Virus record (IMG/VR): IMGVR_UViG_3300042868_012479
Coordinates: 1-64,000 of that record
Length of the DNA stretch: 64,000 bases
Strand: one strand, 5' to 3'
Origin: a virus
Shown: piece by piece, positions 16,533 through 24,802 of the stretch
Position numbering within the stretch: the first letter of the stretch is position 1
How the letters are laid out: each line of letters starts with the position of its first letter
The notes under the pieces: model-generated
Databases searched by the model: none
Seen by the model: the letters and a program-made list of their open reading frames with translations, nothing else
What the model was told of the DNA's origin: nothing
Position numbers and translations under genes: made by a program

Positions 16533-16860
16533 TCTCTCGGCCTAGGTCAAACATCGCCGCGCCCGGAGTTGAGCCACGACCAATAAAAGATACGATTTCC
16601 CCAACGTGATTTTCTGGAAATCCTTCAGCCACCCAATGAGGTTCTTTATTGTCGCTGTGCGGCCAGTAAAAAATCTGCACCGAGGGAAGCTCGCTGTTCT
16701 TACCCCAAGCCTGCTCGAATGCTCGCCATCCGCACTCAAGGCAGTGTTCAGCATCTGTCGGCAAACCGTACGTCCGCAGACCATCCGGACCCTGGATTAC
16801 CGCAGCTGAATGCAGGCACTCCGCTTTTTCACTTATCAATTTCAACTCCCGTGAATCCAT
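16501..16860 (-). CDS. Hypothetical protein
   Basis: ORF track; start moved to MDSREL. Confidence 0.55.
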   Translation of the reverse strand: MDSRELKLISEKAECLHSAAVIQGPDGLRTYGLPTDAEHCLECGWRAFEQAWGKNSELPSVQIFYWPHSDNKEPHWVAEGFPENHVGEIVSFIGRGSTPGAAMFDLGREISLSLKDQRP

Positions 16861-17189
16861 TCCCCGTCCCCCGTCGCCCTTCGCCCCAATCCCCCCCAAA
16901 AAGTTCTTGGACTGCGCATCCTACACCACGAAAGATCGGAGTGCCAACTTTGCGTGTGTCCTGCTTAAAAAAATAAAACGCGCCCAAATTTGAGCACAAA
17001 AAGCACTTGTTCCCTCCCAAGAGAACTAGGCCCCAAACACAAAGGTAGTTACTAACAAATACTATTCCCCAGAACCCAGAGTCCCTGAGCCCCCATCCCC
17101 CCCTCTCCTTAAAGGTTCTCCCCCCCTTCCCCAAAACAGGCCACAACAAAAAGTTGCACAGAGCTGACTTCGTGGAGTATGATCCCGGC

Positions 17190-18005
17190 ATGGGAAATAA
17201 AAAGCAACGGAACAAAGACCAAAAGGCAGACCAGCCCCCCAAGGCCTCGCCCTTATCTTTGTATTCGGTCACGCCAATTATCGACGGGAAGGTGAACCAC
17301 GGATACGTGCATTCGCTCCTGGGGATTCAGCAAGCCTGCTTAACTGTTGGCGTGCCATTCTCCTGGTCGTTTGTCATCGGCAACTCCATGCTGGTTGCAG
17401 CTCGGAACCGGTGCGTCGCGCAGTTCATGGATGAAACAAAAGCTACCCACATGCTGTTTCTCGATGCTGACATTTCAGTGCATTGGGAAGATGTCATGAT
17501 GGCAATGATTGCGGACAAGGACATAGTGGCGCTGCCATGCCTTAAGCGAGCCATTGACTGGGACCGAAGTGTTGGGATGATGCGCAAGCATCCGGAGGTT
17601 TCTGCCGAAGCAATTCAGGGAGTCCTTGGTATGCCAAACTTTGTGTTGGACCCCGCCGCACCATATCCCACAAAGCAGGATGAAGAGCTAGGCCTGCTTG
17701 AGGCCACGCACGCTGGGACCGGGGCAATGATTATCTCGCGGCGAGCTTTCGAGAAATACCAGAAGGCCTTTCCGGACCGCTGGTACCTTGAGGATGTCGG
17801 CAGCGTGACCCATCGAACAGTTGAGTATTTTCGTTACGGCCGGCGAGATAATCACTTCATTGGTGAGGACTACACGTTTTGTGACGACTGGCGATCTATC
17901 GGTGGTAAGATCTATGTCAAGTTGAATGCTCGGTCGACACATGCCGGCCAAGTCAACCTAAAGTACGACCTGGAAGCCCTTAGGGCTCTAGCTCGAGAGG
18001 AGTAA
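17190..18005 (+). CDS. GT-A fold glycosyltransferase-like protein
   Basis: ARNRCV..F, HMLFLDADI, GTGAMIISR, GEDYTFC; TATGAT-N6-ATG start. Confidence 0.8.
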   Translation: MGNKKQRNKDQKADQPPKASPLSLYSVTPIIDGKVNHGYVHSLLGIQQACLTVGVPFSWSFVIGNSMLVAARNRCVAQFMDETKATHMLFLDADISVHWEDVMMAMIADKDIVALPCLKRAIDWDRSVGMMRKHPEVSAEAIQGVLGMPNFVLDPAAPYPTKQDEELGLLEATHAGTGAMIISRRAFEKYQKAFPDRWYLEDVGSVTHRTVEYFRYGRRDNHFIGEDYTFCDDWRSIGGKIYVKLNARSTHAGQVNLKYDLEALRALAREE

Positions 18006-18006
18006 C

Positions 18007-18219
18007 ATGGAAGTCGCACTATTTATTGGCGGAACACTTTTTGGGGTTCTTATCGGCTCGGTAGCTGGGTTTGGTTCGGCCATGCCAAGGATTGAACAAG
18101 CCCGGCAAGAAGGGTTCATGATGGCATTTGCAAACTTTGCTGAAGCAGCTCAAAAGGCTATGGAAGAGCAGAAGACAAAGGGCGCCGGATTCACCTCAAG
18201 CCACAAGAAGACAAACTAA
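18007..18219 (+). CDS. Small membrane-anchored protein
   Basis: GAGGAG RBS; N-terminal TM. Confidence 0.7.
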   Translation: MEVALFIGGTLFGVLIGSVAGFGSAMPRIEQARQEGFMMAFANFAEAAQKAMEEQKTKGAGFTSSHKKTN

Positions 18220-19016
18220 TGCCGGCAAAGAAGTACCCTAAGCTAATGTTGGCAACGCCAACCCTAGACGGGCGCGTGTCGGCAGAGTATGCACAATCTT
18301 TGTCGGGGCTAAAGACGGCGCTTTATCAAAGCAGCATCAATTTTTCTATGCAGCTGCACATTGGCAATTCGCTGCTTGCTGGGGCGCGAAACCATTTAGC
18401 AGACGACTTTCTTAGGAGCGAAGCTGACTGGCTGCTCATGGTTGACTCTGATATTGCATACCGGCCAGAGGATGTCCTTGCGGCGTTGCCACACTTGGAA
18501 GACGCAGTAATTGGATTTCCGTGCTCAAAGAAGTTTGCCAAGTGGGATCGCGTTGCTAAGACCCTTCGGGACAACCCAGACTTTCCGGCAGACGGAATCC
18601 CCGCCATTCTTGGAGATGCAAACTTTCACCTTGGGGTTAGCGATTACCTTCGCCCAAATGATTATGGCCTGGCAAAGGTCAAGTGGATCGGCACCGGTGT
18701 GATGCTTGTAGCAAGGAGCACACTGCAAAAGATTATGGCAGACAACCCGGATGACAAGACCATGGTGAACGGAAAAATCATTCACGAGTTCTTCCGGTAC
18801 GACATGGAGTGGGCCGAAAAAGATGGAGTAAAATACAAAGACTACGCCGGAGAAGATGTATCTTTTTGCAACCTTGCAAGGAAGTCCGGATTCAAGGTGT
18901 ACGCAAAGCTTGACGCGCTAACAACGCATGTTGGGTTTAGCTTGTACCGCTTTGATGCTACGGCAGTAGCTCGTCTAAAGAACGTTCCAAGCCAGCTGGA
19001 ATCGCAGAAGAAGTAA
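18219..19016 (+). CDS. GT-A fold glycosyltransferase-like protein (paralogue of 17190)
   Basis: ARNHLADDF, LLMVDSDI, GTGVMLVAR, GEDVSFC. Confidence 0.8.
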   Translation: MPAKKYPKLMLATPTLDGRVSAEYAQSLSGLKTALYQSSINFSMQLHIGNSLLAGARNHLADDFLRSEADWLLMVDSDIAYRPEDVLAALPHLEDAVIGFPCSKKFAKWDRVAKTLRDNPDFPADGIPAILGDANFHLGVSDYLRPNDYGLAKVKWIGTGVMLVARSTLQKIMADNPDDKTMVNGKIIHEFFRYDMEWAEKDGVKYKDYAGEDVSFCNLARKSGFKVYAKLDALTTHVGFSLYRFDATAVARLKNVPSQLESQKK

Positions 19017-19452
19017 CCCGGGCCTCTTTTAGGGGATAGGCGTATACAAGCCAGTCTGACCTAATCTCTCGACCAGGAAGGTCCTCCCCTTCAATAATAG
19101 GTATGTAAGCGCAAACATTTGGGAGCTTTGATAGTTCCCGCAGTGCCTCATGCGCCTTCTCCCTGGTTGTCTCAAGGATTTGATCAGGCTTGGGTATAAG
19201 GCCGATCTTTGACCAGCCAATCATGTGCTCAGAAACGGCATCGCCAAAATCAAGGGCAACAATCATTGGCTGGGGGAGTATTACCGTTGTGAACTCTTCC
19301 TCTGCGCGGATTCCCAAATTATGCAAAATAAAAGAAACGCGCTGCTTGCTAATGCCCATCATCCTGCCAATCTCGTTGGCGGTATAGCCGTCTAAGAAAA
19401 GCTCGCCGATTTCTAGGTTCCGCTCGACCTTAATGCCCTTACGAACAGTCAC
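18958..19452 (-). CDS. HTH protein (sigma70 region 4-like N-terminus)
   Basis: GYTANEIGRMMGISKQRVSFIL; GGAGG before GTG 19452. Confidence 0.7.
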   Translation of the reverse strand: MTVRKGIKVERNLEIGELFLDGYTANEIGRMMGISKQRVSFILHNLGIRAEEEFTTVILPQPMIVALDFGDAVSEHMIGWSKIGLIPKPDQILETTREKAHEALRELSKLPNVCAYIPIIEGEDLPGREIRSDWLVYAYPLKEARVTSSAIPAGLERSLDELLP

Positions 19453-19609
19453 CGCACGCCTCCACAGACCCTTCATGCTCCGGGCACACAAAGAAAGCAA
19501 TCAAGCAGACTTCACATAGGCGGGAGACAAGGTGCTCGGCGCACGGGTCGCCACAGCCCTCATCTTTCCACTCAAGGTCGTCCAGGGTCACTTCTGTTCC
19601 TGTGGTCAT
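19439..19609 (-). CDS. 56-aa Cys-rich protein
   Basis: Read by hand; ATGA coupling; CxxH/CxxC motifs. Confidence 0.6.
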   Translation of the reverse strand: MTTGTEVTLDDLEWKDEGCGDPCAEHLVSRLCEVCLIAFFVCPEHEGSVEACGDCS

Positions 19610-19791
19610 GAGCACTTCTTGTGTCTGTGGATGTAACGCTTAGTGGCCGAGCCGGCCGCGCTAATAACAATTGACAAAATAGTAGTAATTTCATTAGAAA
19701 ACATAGGCTTGTCGCAAGACGCGCAGCGTTGGCCGGTCAGGGCCGGAGCCTTTTTCTCTTTGCTTACCGAAGTTTTACCTTTTGGTGCCAT
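19606..19791 (-). CDS. Small basic Zn-finger protein (MAPKGK...)
   Basis: GGAGG RBS; CxxC...HxxC. Confidence 0.7.
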   Translation of the reverse strand: MAPKGKTSVSKEKKAPALTGQRCASCDKPMFSNEITTILSIVISAAGSATKRYIHRHKKCS

Positions 19792-19947
19792 AGCTCCTCC
19801 AGTATTGGCGGAGGGCAGCAATTACGGCCCGGCAGTTCGTCCGTCGACGTACCTTGGCCAATTACTCACCCAACCGACTGGGTTGAACCCCCCGCCTCAC
19901 CTTGGATCAACGTCCAAGGGCGCCGTATCGCGGTCGGAAGGCGATAC
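19792..19947 (-). ncRNA. Highly structured 5' leader / riboswitch-like RNA
   Basis: Two hairpins then a multi-stem domain closed by GGCGGGGGGT/GCCCTCCGCC; its CCTCC can alternatively pair with the RBS. Confidence 0.55.
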
Positions 19948-19953
19948 CAAACC

Positions 19954-19982
19954 AAAGTACCGATACCAATAGTCTGGGTCAA
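19954..19982 (-). promoter_or_regulatory. Sigma70-type promoter
   Basis: TTGACC-17-TACTTT. Confidence 0.7.
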
Positions 19983-20021
19983 CAAACGCAAAATCTACGC
20001 TAGCTGTGGTATAGTCCAGCC

Positions 20022-20249
20022 ATGAATCAGCACACACCGCCCACGCCTAAGGCAGCGGCAATCTGGTACCTGTGGTCTTCGGCATTTCACATGTCGATGA
20101 AGCTTGAGCCGCGATGGCCAGATGACCTAGAGCCGTACTCTGTGCAATTTCCCGGAAACTATGATTCGGGAGATTTTGTTCGGCTTTCTGAAGCTGAGGC
20201 CCAATGGCTTATTGAAATCAAAACTAGGAGGGACCATGGACAGGCGTAA
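20022..20249 (+). CDS. Hypothetical protein, probably leaderless
   Basis: TGGTATAGT-N6-ATG. Confidence 0.6.
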   Translation: MNQHTPPTPKAAAIWYLWSSAFHMSMKLEPRWPDDLEPYSVQFPGNYDSGDFVRLSEAEAQWLIEIKTRRDHGQA

Positions 20250-20892
20250 CCTACTTATTGTGCCCACAAGGAATCGTCCGGAAAGCGCACTAGAGCTTCT
20301 TCATGAATTCAATAAAACAGCAGTGATGTCTGACATTGTTTTTGGGCTTGATGACGACGACGTCAGCGACTACTCTGCAGAAGTCCTTGAGCGCTCCGAG
20401 CGCAACCCGAGGCTTCGGATGGGTGGGACGCTCAACCTTCTTGCAGTTAAGTATGCGGAAAAGTACGACTATTTATCGTTCATGGGCGACGATCACCGGC
20501 CTCGAACCAAGAGCTGGGATCTTCGCCTTGCAAATATGATCGACGAAGGTCCTGGGCTTGCATATGGCAACGACTTGCTTCAGGGGGCAAATCTACCAAC
20601 AGCTGTGATGATGTCGGCTAGCATTGTTGAGGCCATCGGGTACATGGTGCCGCCAGTTTTGGTCCACATGTACATGGATAACTTCTGGAAAGATCTCGGC
20701 ACGGCGCTTGGCTCGCTCTGCTACCGTCATGACGTAGTCATTGAGCATATGCATTACCTGGCCGGAAAATCAACGATTGATGCCGGATACAAAGAGGTCA
20801 ATCACCAAAGTGTTTATGAAAAAGACGAAGAGTCTTATCGTAAATATACGGAAAGCCAATTCCAGAAAGATGTAAGGAAAATCCAAAAATGA
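20236..20892 (+). CDS. Glycosyltransferase family 2-like protein
   Basis: IVPTRNRP, FGLDDDD, FMGDDHRP, HMYMDN, IEHMH; AGGAGG RBS. Confidence 0.85.
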   Translation: MDRRNLLIVPTRNRPESALELLHEFNKTAVMSDIVFGLDDDDVSDYSAEVLERSERNPRLRMGGTLNLLAVKYAEKYDYLSFMGDDHRPRTKSWDLRLANMIDEGPGLAYGNDLLQGANLPTAVMMSASIVEAIGYMVPPVLVHMYMDNFWKDLGTALGSLCYRHDVVIEHMHYLAGKSTIDAGYKEVNHQSVYEKDEESYRKYTESQFQKDVRKIQK

Positions 20893-21764
20893 ATATCCTC
20901 ATTACCGGACACCGTGGATTTGTTGGCAGGCATTTTCAGAAGTTTTACGAAGAGCAGGGGCACACCATTCTTGGGGTAGACATCGTTGACTCAATGGACG
21001 TGCGAAAATTCTTTAGCCTGGCAAACCACACAAAGTTTGATCTGGTAATTCATCTTGCTGCAGTCGTTGGCGGCCGGGCGAAGATTGAGGGGCATCCGCT
21101 ATCGGTTGCCGTTGATCTTTCTATTGATGCAGAGATGTGGCAGTGGGCCATTAGGACGAAGCAGCCACGAGTTGTGTACTTCTCCTCATCGGCAGCCTAC
21201 CCAATAAAGCTTCAAACAAAGCAGTCGCATAAGAAGCTTAGCGAGTCAGACATTAACCTTAACGACATCAGCAACCCAGACCTGACCTACGGCTGGTCAA
21301 AGCTTACAGGGGAATACCTGGCGCAATTCGCGGAGGCAGAGGGCGTGCGCACGCACGTATTCCGACCGTTCTCCGGCTACGGCGAGGATCAGGCGCTTGA
21401 TTACCCATTCCCATCATTTATCCAGCGAGGGAAGAATCGAGATAACCCGTTTGTGATTTGGGGCGACGGAACGCAAACGCGGGATTTTGTGCATATTAGC
21501 GACATAGTTCGGTGCGTTGACGCAGCCGTAAAGCAAGATTATGTCGGGCCCTTAAACATCGGCACTGGTCACCCGACAAGCTTCCAGCAGCTTGGAGAAA
21601 TGGTGGCTAAGGCAGAGGGCTATTTCCCCAAGTTCCAATTCCTCACCGACAAGCCCGAAGGGGTGAATTGGCGGGTGGCCGACATATCCTCTATGCTGAA
21701 GCTATACACGCCAAAGATTGACCTTGAAACAGGGATCAAGCGCGCACTTAGCGCAAGGGAGTAG
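20889..21764 (+). CDS. NAD-dependent nucleotide-sugar epimerase/dehydratase
   Basis: ITGHRGFVG, HLAAVVGG, SSSAAY, YGWSK, WGDGTQTRDF. Confidence 0.92.
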   Translation: MNILITGHRGFVGRHFQKFYEEQGHTILGVDIVDSMDVRKFFSLANHTKFDLVIHLAAVVGGRAKIEGHPLSVAVDLSIDAEMWQWAIRTKQPRVVYFSSSAAYPIKLQTKQSHKKLSESDINLNDISNPDLTYGWSKLTGEYLAQFAEAEGVRTHVFRPFSGYGEDQALDYPFPSFIQRGKNRDNPFVIWGDGTQTRDFVHISDIVRCVDAAVKQDYVGPLNIGTGHPTSFQQLGEMVAKAEGYFPKFQFLTDKPEGVNWRVADISSMLKLYTPKIDLETGIKRALSARE

Positions 21765-21765
21765 C

Positions 21766-22185
21766 ATGAAGACTGTTGATTACCCAGAACTTGTAGTTGG
21801 TGGAATCTCCGCGCCAAGGGGTAGCTTTGAGGAAGAGTTTCAAGCGATATTCTCCGAGGCCCTCAATCTTCTCATTCGCAAGCAAGCGCGCTACGGAAAT
21901 ACAAACATTGACCAGCTGGGAATTCATGGTGTTGTCAGCAGGATCGCGTTTGACAAGGTCTCACGAGCGCAAAAGTTTCTTCAGGGCCGGGTCATTGATG
22001 GCAAAGTGGTCCTTGACGAAATTGATGGCGAGACAGAAGAATCCCTTGAGGACACCTTGATGGACATGGCAAACTATTCTCTAATTGCAATCTCTCTTCT
22101 GCGAGGCACCTGGGGAAAGCCACTTGCGCTCGGGGAGACTGACGATCTATTCCTAGAGGGAGAATCTGAGGGCGATAGCAAGTGA
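21766..22185 (+). CDS. DUF1599 / nucleotide-modification-associated domain 1 protein
   Basis: RKQARYG..NI...GVVSRI.DKVSR...ESLEDTLMDMANYSLI. Confidence 0.8.
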   Translation: MKTVDYPELVVGGISAPRGSFEEEFQAIFSEALNLLIRKQARYGNTNIDQLGIHGVVSRIAFDKVSRAQKFLQGRVIDGKVVLDEIDGETEESLEDTLMDMANYSLIAISLLRGTWGKPLALGETDDLFLEGESEGDSK

Positions 22186-22616
22186 GCTCTTTGATGACCT
22201 TTGACGACCTTGAGCAAGAGCTTGAACTCATGTTCCCGGGGACTAGCCGAAAAGTTTCGGCTGACAAACTTGCGGAAATTATGCCTAACTTTACGGCCCG
22301 AACCATCCAGGCATATATTTATGGGCACAGGAATATCGTCGACAGGTTCAAAGACGAGTTTATCCAGGTTCTGCAGGCAAAAAGCCCTGAGCGCGCAAGC
22401 GTCCTGCGTGAAAGGTTTGCATCAAGGCCAAAGGACGTGCAGGAAATTGCTTCCAGCGCTCGGCACACAAAGCTGCAAATGGCGATAGATAAGATGTGTA
22501 TATCTTGCTCTGGCAATACCCCCGACGACGGCGGCTACTGCTGGGACAAAACCTGTCCGCTTGCAATGTTTACAAAAATGCCGCTACGGCACGAGGTCCC
22601 AGATGAAGATTTTTGA
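22182..22616 (+). CDS. Hypothetical protein with C-terminal CxxC...C...CPL motif
   Basis: GTGA coupling; ORF track. Confidence 0.7.
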   Translation: MSSLMTFDDLEQELELMFPGTSRKVSADKLAEIMPNFTARTIQAYIYGHRNIVDRFKDEFIQVLQAKSPERASVLRERFASRPKDVQEIASSARHTKLQMAIDKMCISCSGNTPDDGGYCWDKTCPLAMFTKMPLRHEVPDEDF

Positions 22617-22803
22617 AAGCGACAAAGAGGACTATTACCTAATTTTTGAGAAAGAACCCAAGACAGGGTTGACTCTTTGGGCCGTATTTGATACAAGTAC
22701 TCGAACATTTAAGGCAACGGGTTTTTCTGAGAAGTGGGACGACGCGGCTGTTCATGCTCGTGAAGTCATGAGGGGGAATGCAAATGAAGCCAAAAACCCT
22801 TAA
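22603..22803 (+). CDS. Hypothetical protein (MKIFES...)
   Basis: GAGG RBS; overlaps neighbours. Confidence 0.6.
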   Translation: MKIFESDKEDYYLIFEKEPKTGLTLWAVFDTSTRTFKATGFSEKWDDAAVHAREVMRGNANEAKNP

Positions 22804-23131
22804 AACAATGCGTGACGCATTTAGCATGTCCGGATATTCACGTCGCCCAGATACAACCAAGGAAATCCATAACACGAGCGACGACATCTTGGAATTTGTT
22901 GACATGATGGCGCACGTAATTTCTTTGAAGAGCGCTATTGGCGGCCCATCGCAGGGCATGTGCACCATTCAGAAAAACAAGAAAACCTCAAAGCTGCACA
23001 TGTATGTCGGCGTTACGATTGGCTCAGACCATCGAGGCTATGCGGCAAAGCACTCGACCCTGGAGGATTGCGAGCTGGCCGCCTACATGTGGATTAACCA
23101 AGTTGCTGCTTCATACCAGGCCCCGGCATGA
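22778..23131 (+). CDS. Hypothetical protein
   Basis: ORF track. Confidence 0.65.
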   Translation: MQMKPKTLKTMRDAFSMSGYSRRPDTTKEIHNTSDDILEFVDMMAHVISLKSAIGGPSQGMCTIQKNKKTSKLHMYVGVTIGSDHRGYAAKHSTLEDCELAAYMWINQVAASYQAPA

Positions 23132-23484
23132 GCGACGTTGTAAAAAGCGCAGTCCTAAAAATGCTTAAAGATCGAGAAAATACCTGGGTGCCCCAAAGCC
23201 TTATCCAAAAAACACTAGGTAAAGATGAGCGTTTTGCCCCGGCAATTGCCCAGCTGCGAAAAGAAGGTCACGAGATTGCCAATAAACATAGCAGCGTAAA
23301 TGGCAAGCAGATGTGGGAATACATGCTTGTAGCACGAAAGACCGCCATAGCTCCAGGGTGGTACTGTAGCTCCTGCAACGGGCGAGTTGCGCCAGCAGAT
23401 ATGCAAGCAAATACGTTGTCAGATCGGCACTCAAACAATTACTGTGTGTCGTGTGCGAAGAAGCGCTTATTTACTCTGAGGTAG
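23128..23484 (+). CDS. Winged-HTH plus Zn-ribbon protein
   Basis: AIAQLRKEGHEI...EYML; two CxxC. Confidence 0.7.
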   Translation: MSDVVKSAVLKMLKDRENTWVPQSLIQKTLGKDERFAPAIAQLRKEGHEIANKHSSVNGKQMWEYMLVARKTAIAPGWYCSSCNGRVAPADMQANTLSDRHSNNYCVSCAKKRLFTLR

Positions 23485-23486
23485 AA

Positions 23487-23822
23487 ATGATAGAAAAAAT
23501 TGAAGACGTCTTGTACGCTGACGGGTGGGAAGAGTGCCTTGTTGGGCACGGCACAATCTTTCATGGAAGCGACGGGCCGAAAACCGTAGCCATCTATGAC
23601 CGAGACAAGATGGTCAGGAAGATGGCCCAAGAGATTATTGAGCAGGAGCAGAGCCGCGACCAAGATCAGGCAGAAGACTTTGACCCGTACCTTGAGGCTG
23701 ACGAATACATCTCGTTCAATGTAGAGGGGGCATTCATTCAGCCCGGAATGCCGGTATTTGCCACATTTGACGAGCAGGTAGATTTTACTAAGGTAGCTAC
23801 ATGCGAATGCGGGAAATGCTAA
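23487..23822 (+). CDS. Conserved phage protein (ADG...AxYD...EYxxFNxxGA family)
   Basis: YADGWEECLVG, AIYDRDKM, EYISFNVEGA. Confidence 0.8.
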   Translation: MIEKIEDVLYADGWEECLVGHGTIFHGSDGPKTVAIYDRDKMVRKMAQEIIEQEQSRDQDQAEDFDPYLEADEYISFNVEGAFIQPGMPVFATFDEQVDFTKVATCECGKC

Positions 23823-24802
23823 CAAAGATTATTGCGGCCATCGCAGTGATGGCAATGGCAACGCCCCCAGTCACGCAGCAGGATGTTGTTTTTTCCGGAG
23901 AGGACAACTGGGGTCTTGATCGAATCTATCAACCGCAAGGTGACGCCTGGATTGGCGGCAGGCTTTTCCGCAGCGATGGTTTTGATTGGGCCGGAGAGGG
24001 CTATGGTGGCGGCATTGTTGTATATGTTGTTGATAGTGGCATAAACAATGACCAGCTGTTCAATGACGTGGGCGCCGGTTTTGCCGCAGTAGGCAAATCT
24101 ACGGCAGACTGCGGAAATCTACATGGCACAAAGGTCGCCTCTCTCATTGCTGGAATTGGCTACGGGATTGCCGAGCAGGCAACAATTATTCCGGTGCGTG
24201 TGCTGAAGTGCAACGGGGCAGGAACGCAAAGCGCCATAGTTGCCGGACTAAAGTGGATATTAGCGAATGCAGACCCCACAGTATCCGTGGTTAACATCAG
24301 CGCTGGCGGATCAAAAAATAAGGCCATCGACGCCGCTGTAAAGAAGTTAACTAATGCCGGAATACCCGTAGTGATTGCCGCCGGGAACAACGGGTCCAAC
24401 GTAAACCGCTACAGCCCAGCCCGGGTAAGCTGCACGGAAGACCTTGCAATCTCTGTTGGCGCATCAACACTTTTTGACCTGCCCTGGACAGGTTCAAATT
24501 ATGGCGACTGCCTAACCCTTTATGCCCCAGGGGTCAGCCTGGTTGCATCCTATGGTGCAGGGGACACAAATGTAAACGGAACTTCGTTCTCTGCCCCATA
24601 TGTCTCTGGGGCAATTGCTGCCTACGCATCCTTTTACGGGATTTCAACGGAAGACGCTTTCTATGAAATGGCAAGCTACTTTGATCCGTCAATCACCATC
24701 GCGGCCCGAAGGGACACCACCAGCTCGGTCCTGCAAATGTTCCCCATTGAAGATGATTGGTCTGGCGATTATTGCTGGGAGTATTACGGTTGCTGGCCTT
24801 AA
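23816..24802 (+). CDS. Secreted S8 subtilisin-like serine protease
   Basis: Signal peptide; WGLDRI; catalytic VVDSG, HGTKVAS, GTSFSAP; oxyanion AAGN. Confidence 0.92.
   Translation: MLTKIIAAIAVMAMATPPVTQQDVVFSGEDNWGLDRIYQPQGDAWIGGRLFRSDGFDWAGEGYGGGIVVYVVDSGINNDQLFNDVGAGFAAVGKSTADCGNLHGTKVASLIAGIGYGIAEQATIIPVRVLKCNGAGTQSAIVAGLKWILANADPTVSVVNISAGGSKNKAIDAAVKKLTNAGIPVVIAAGNNGSNVNRYSPARVSCTEDLAISVGASTLFDLPWTGSNYGDCLTLYAPGVSLVASYGAGDTNVNGTSFSAPYVSGAIAAYASFYGISTEDAFYEMASYFDPSITIAARRDTTSSVLQMFPIEDDWSGDYCWEYYGCWP

Noticed and set aside
19806-19893. Possible tRNA-Ser/Sec on the minus strand (ends CTCCGCCA)
   Set aside because: No T-loop, D-arm or 7-nt anticodon loop; kept only as a structured leader
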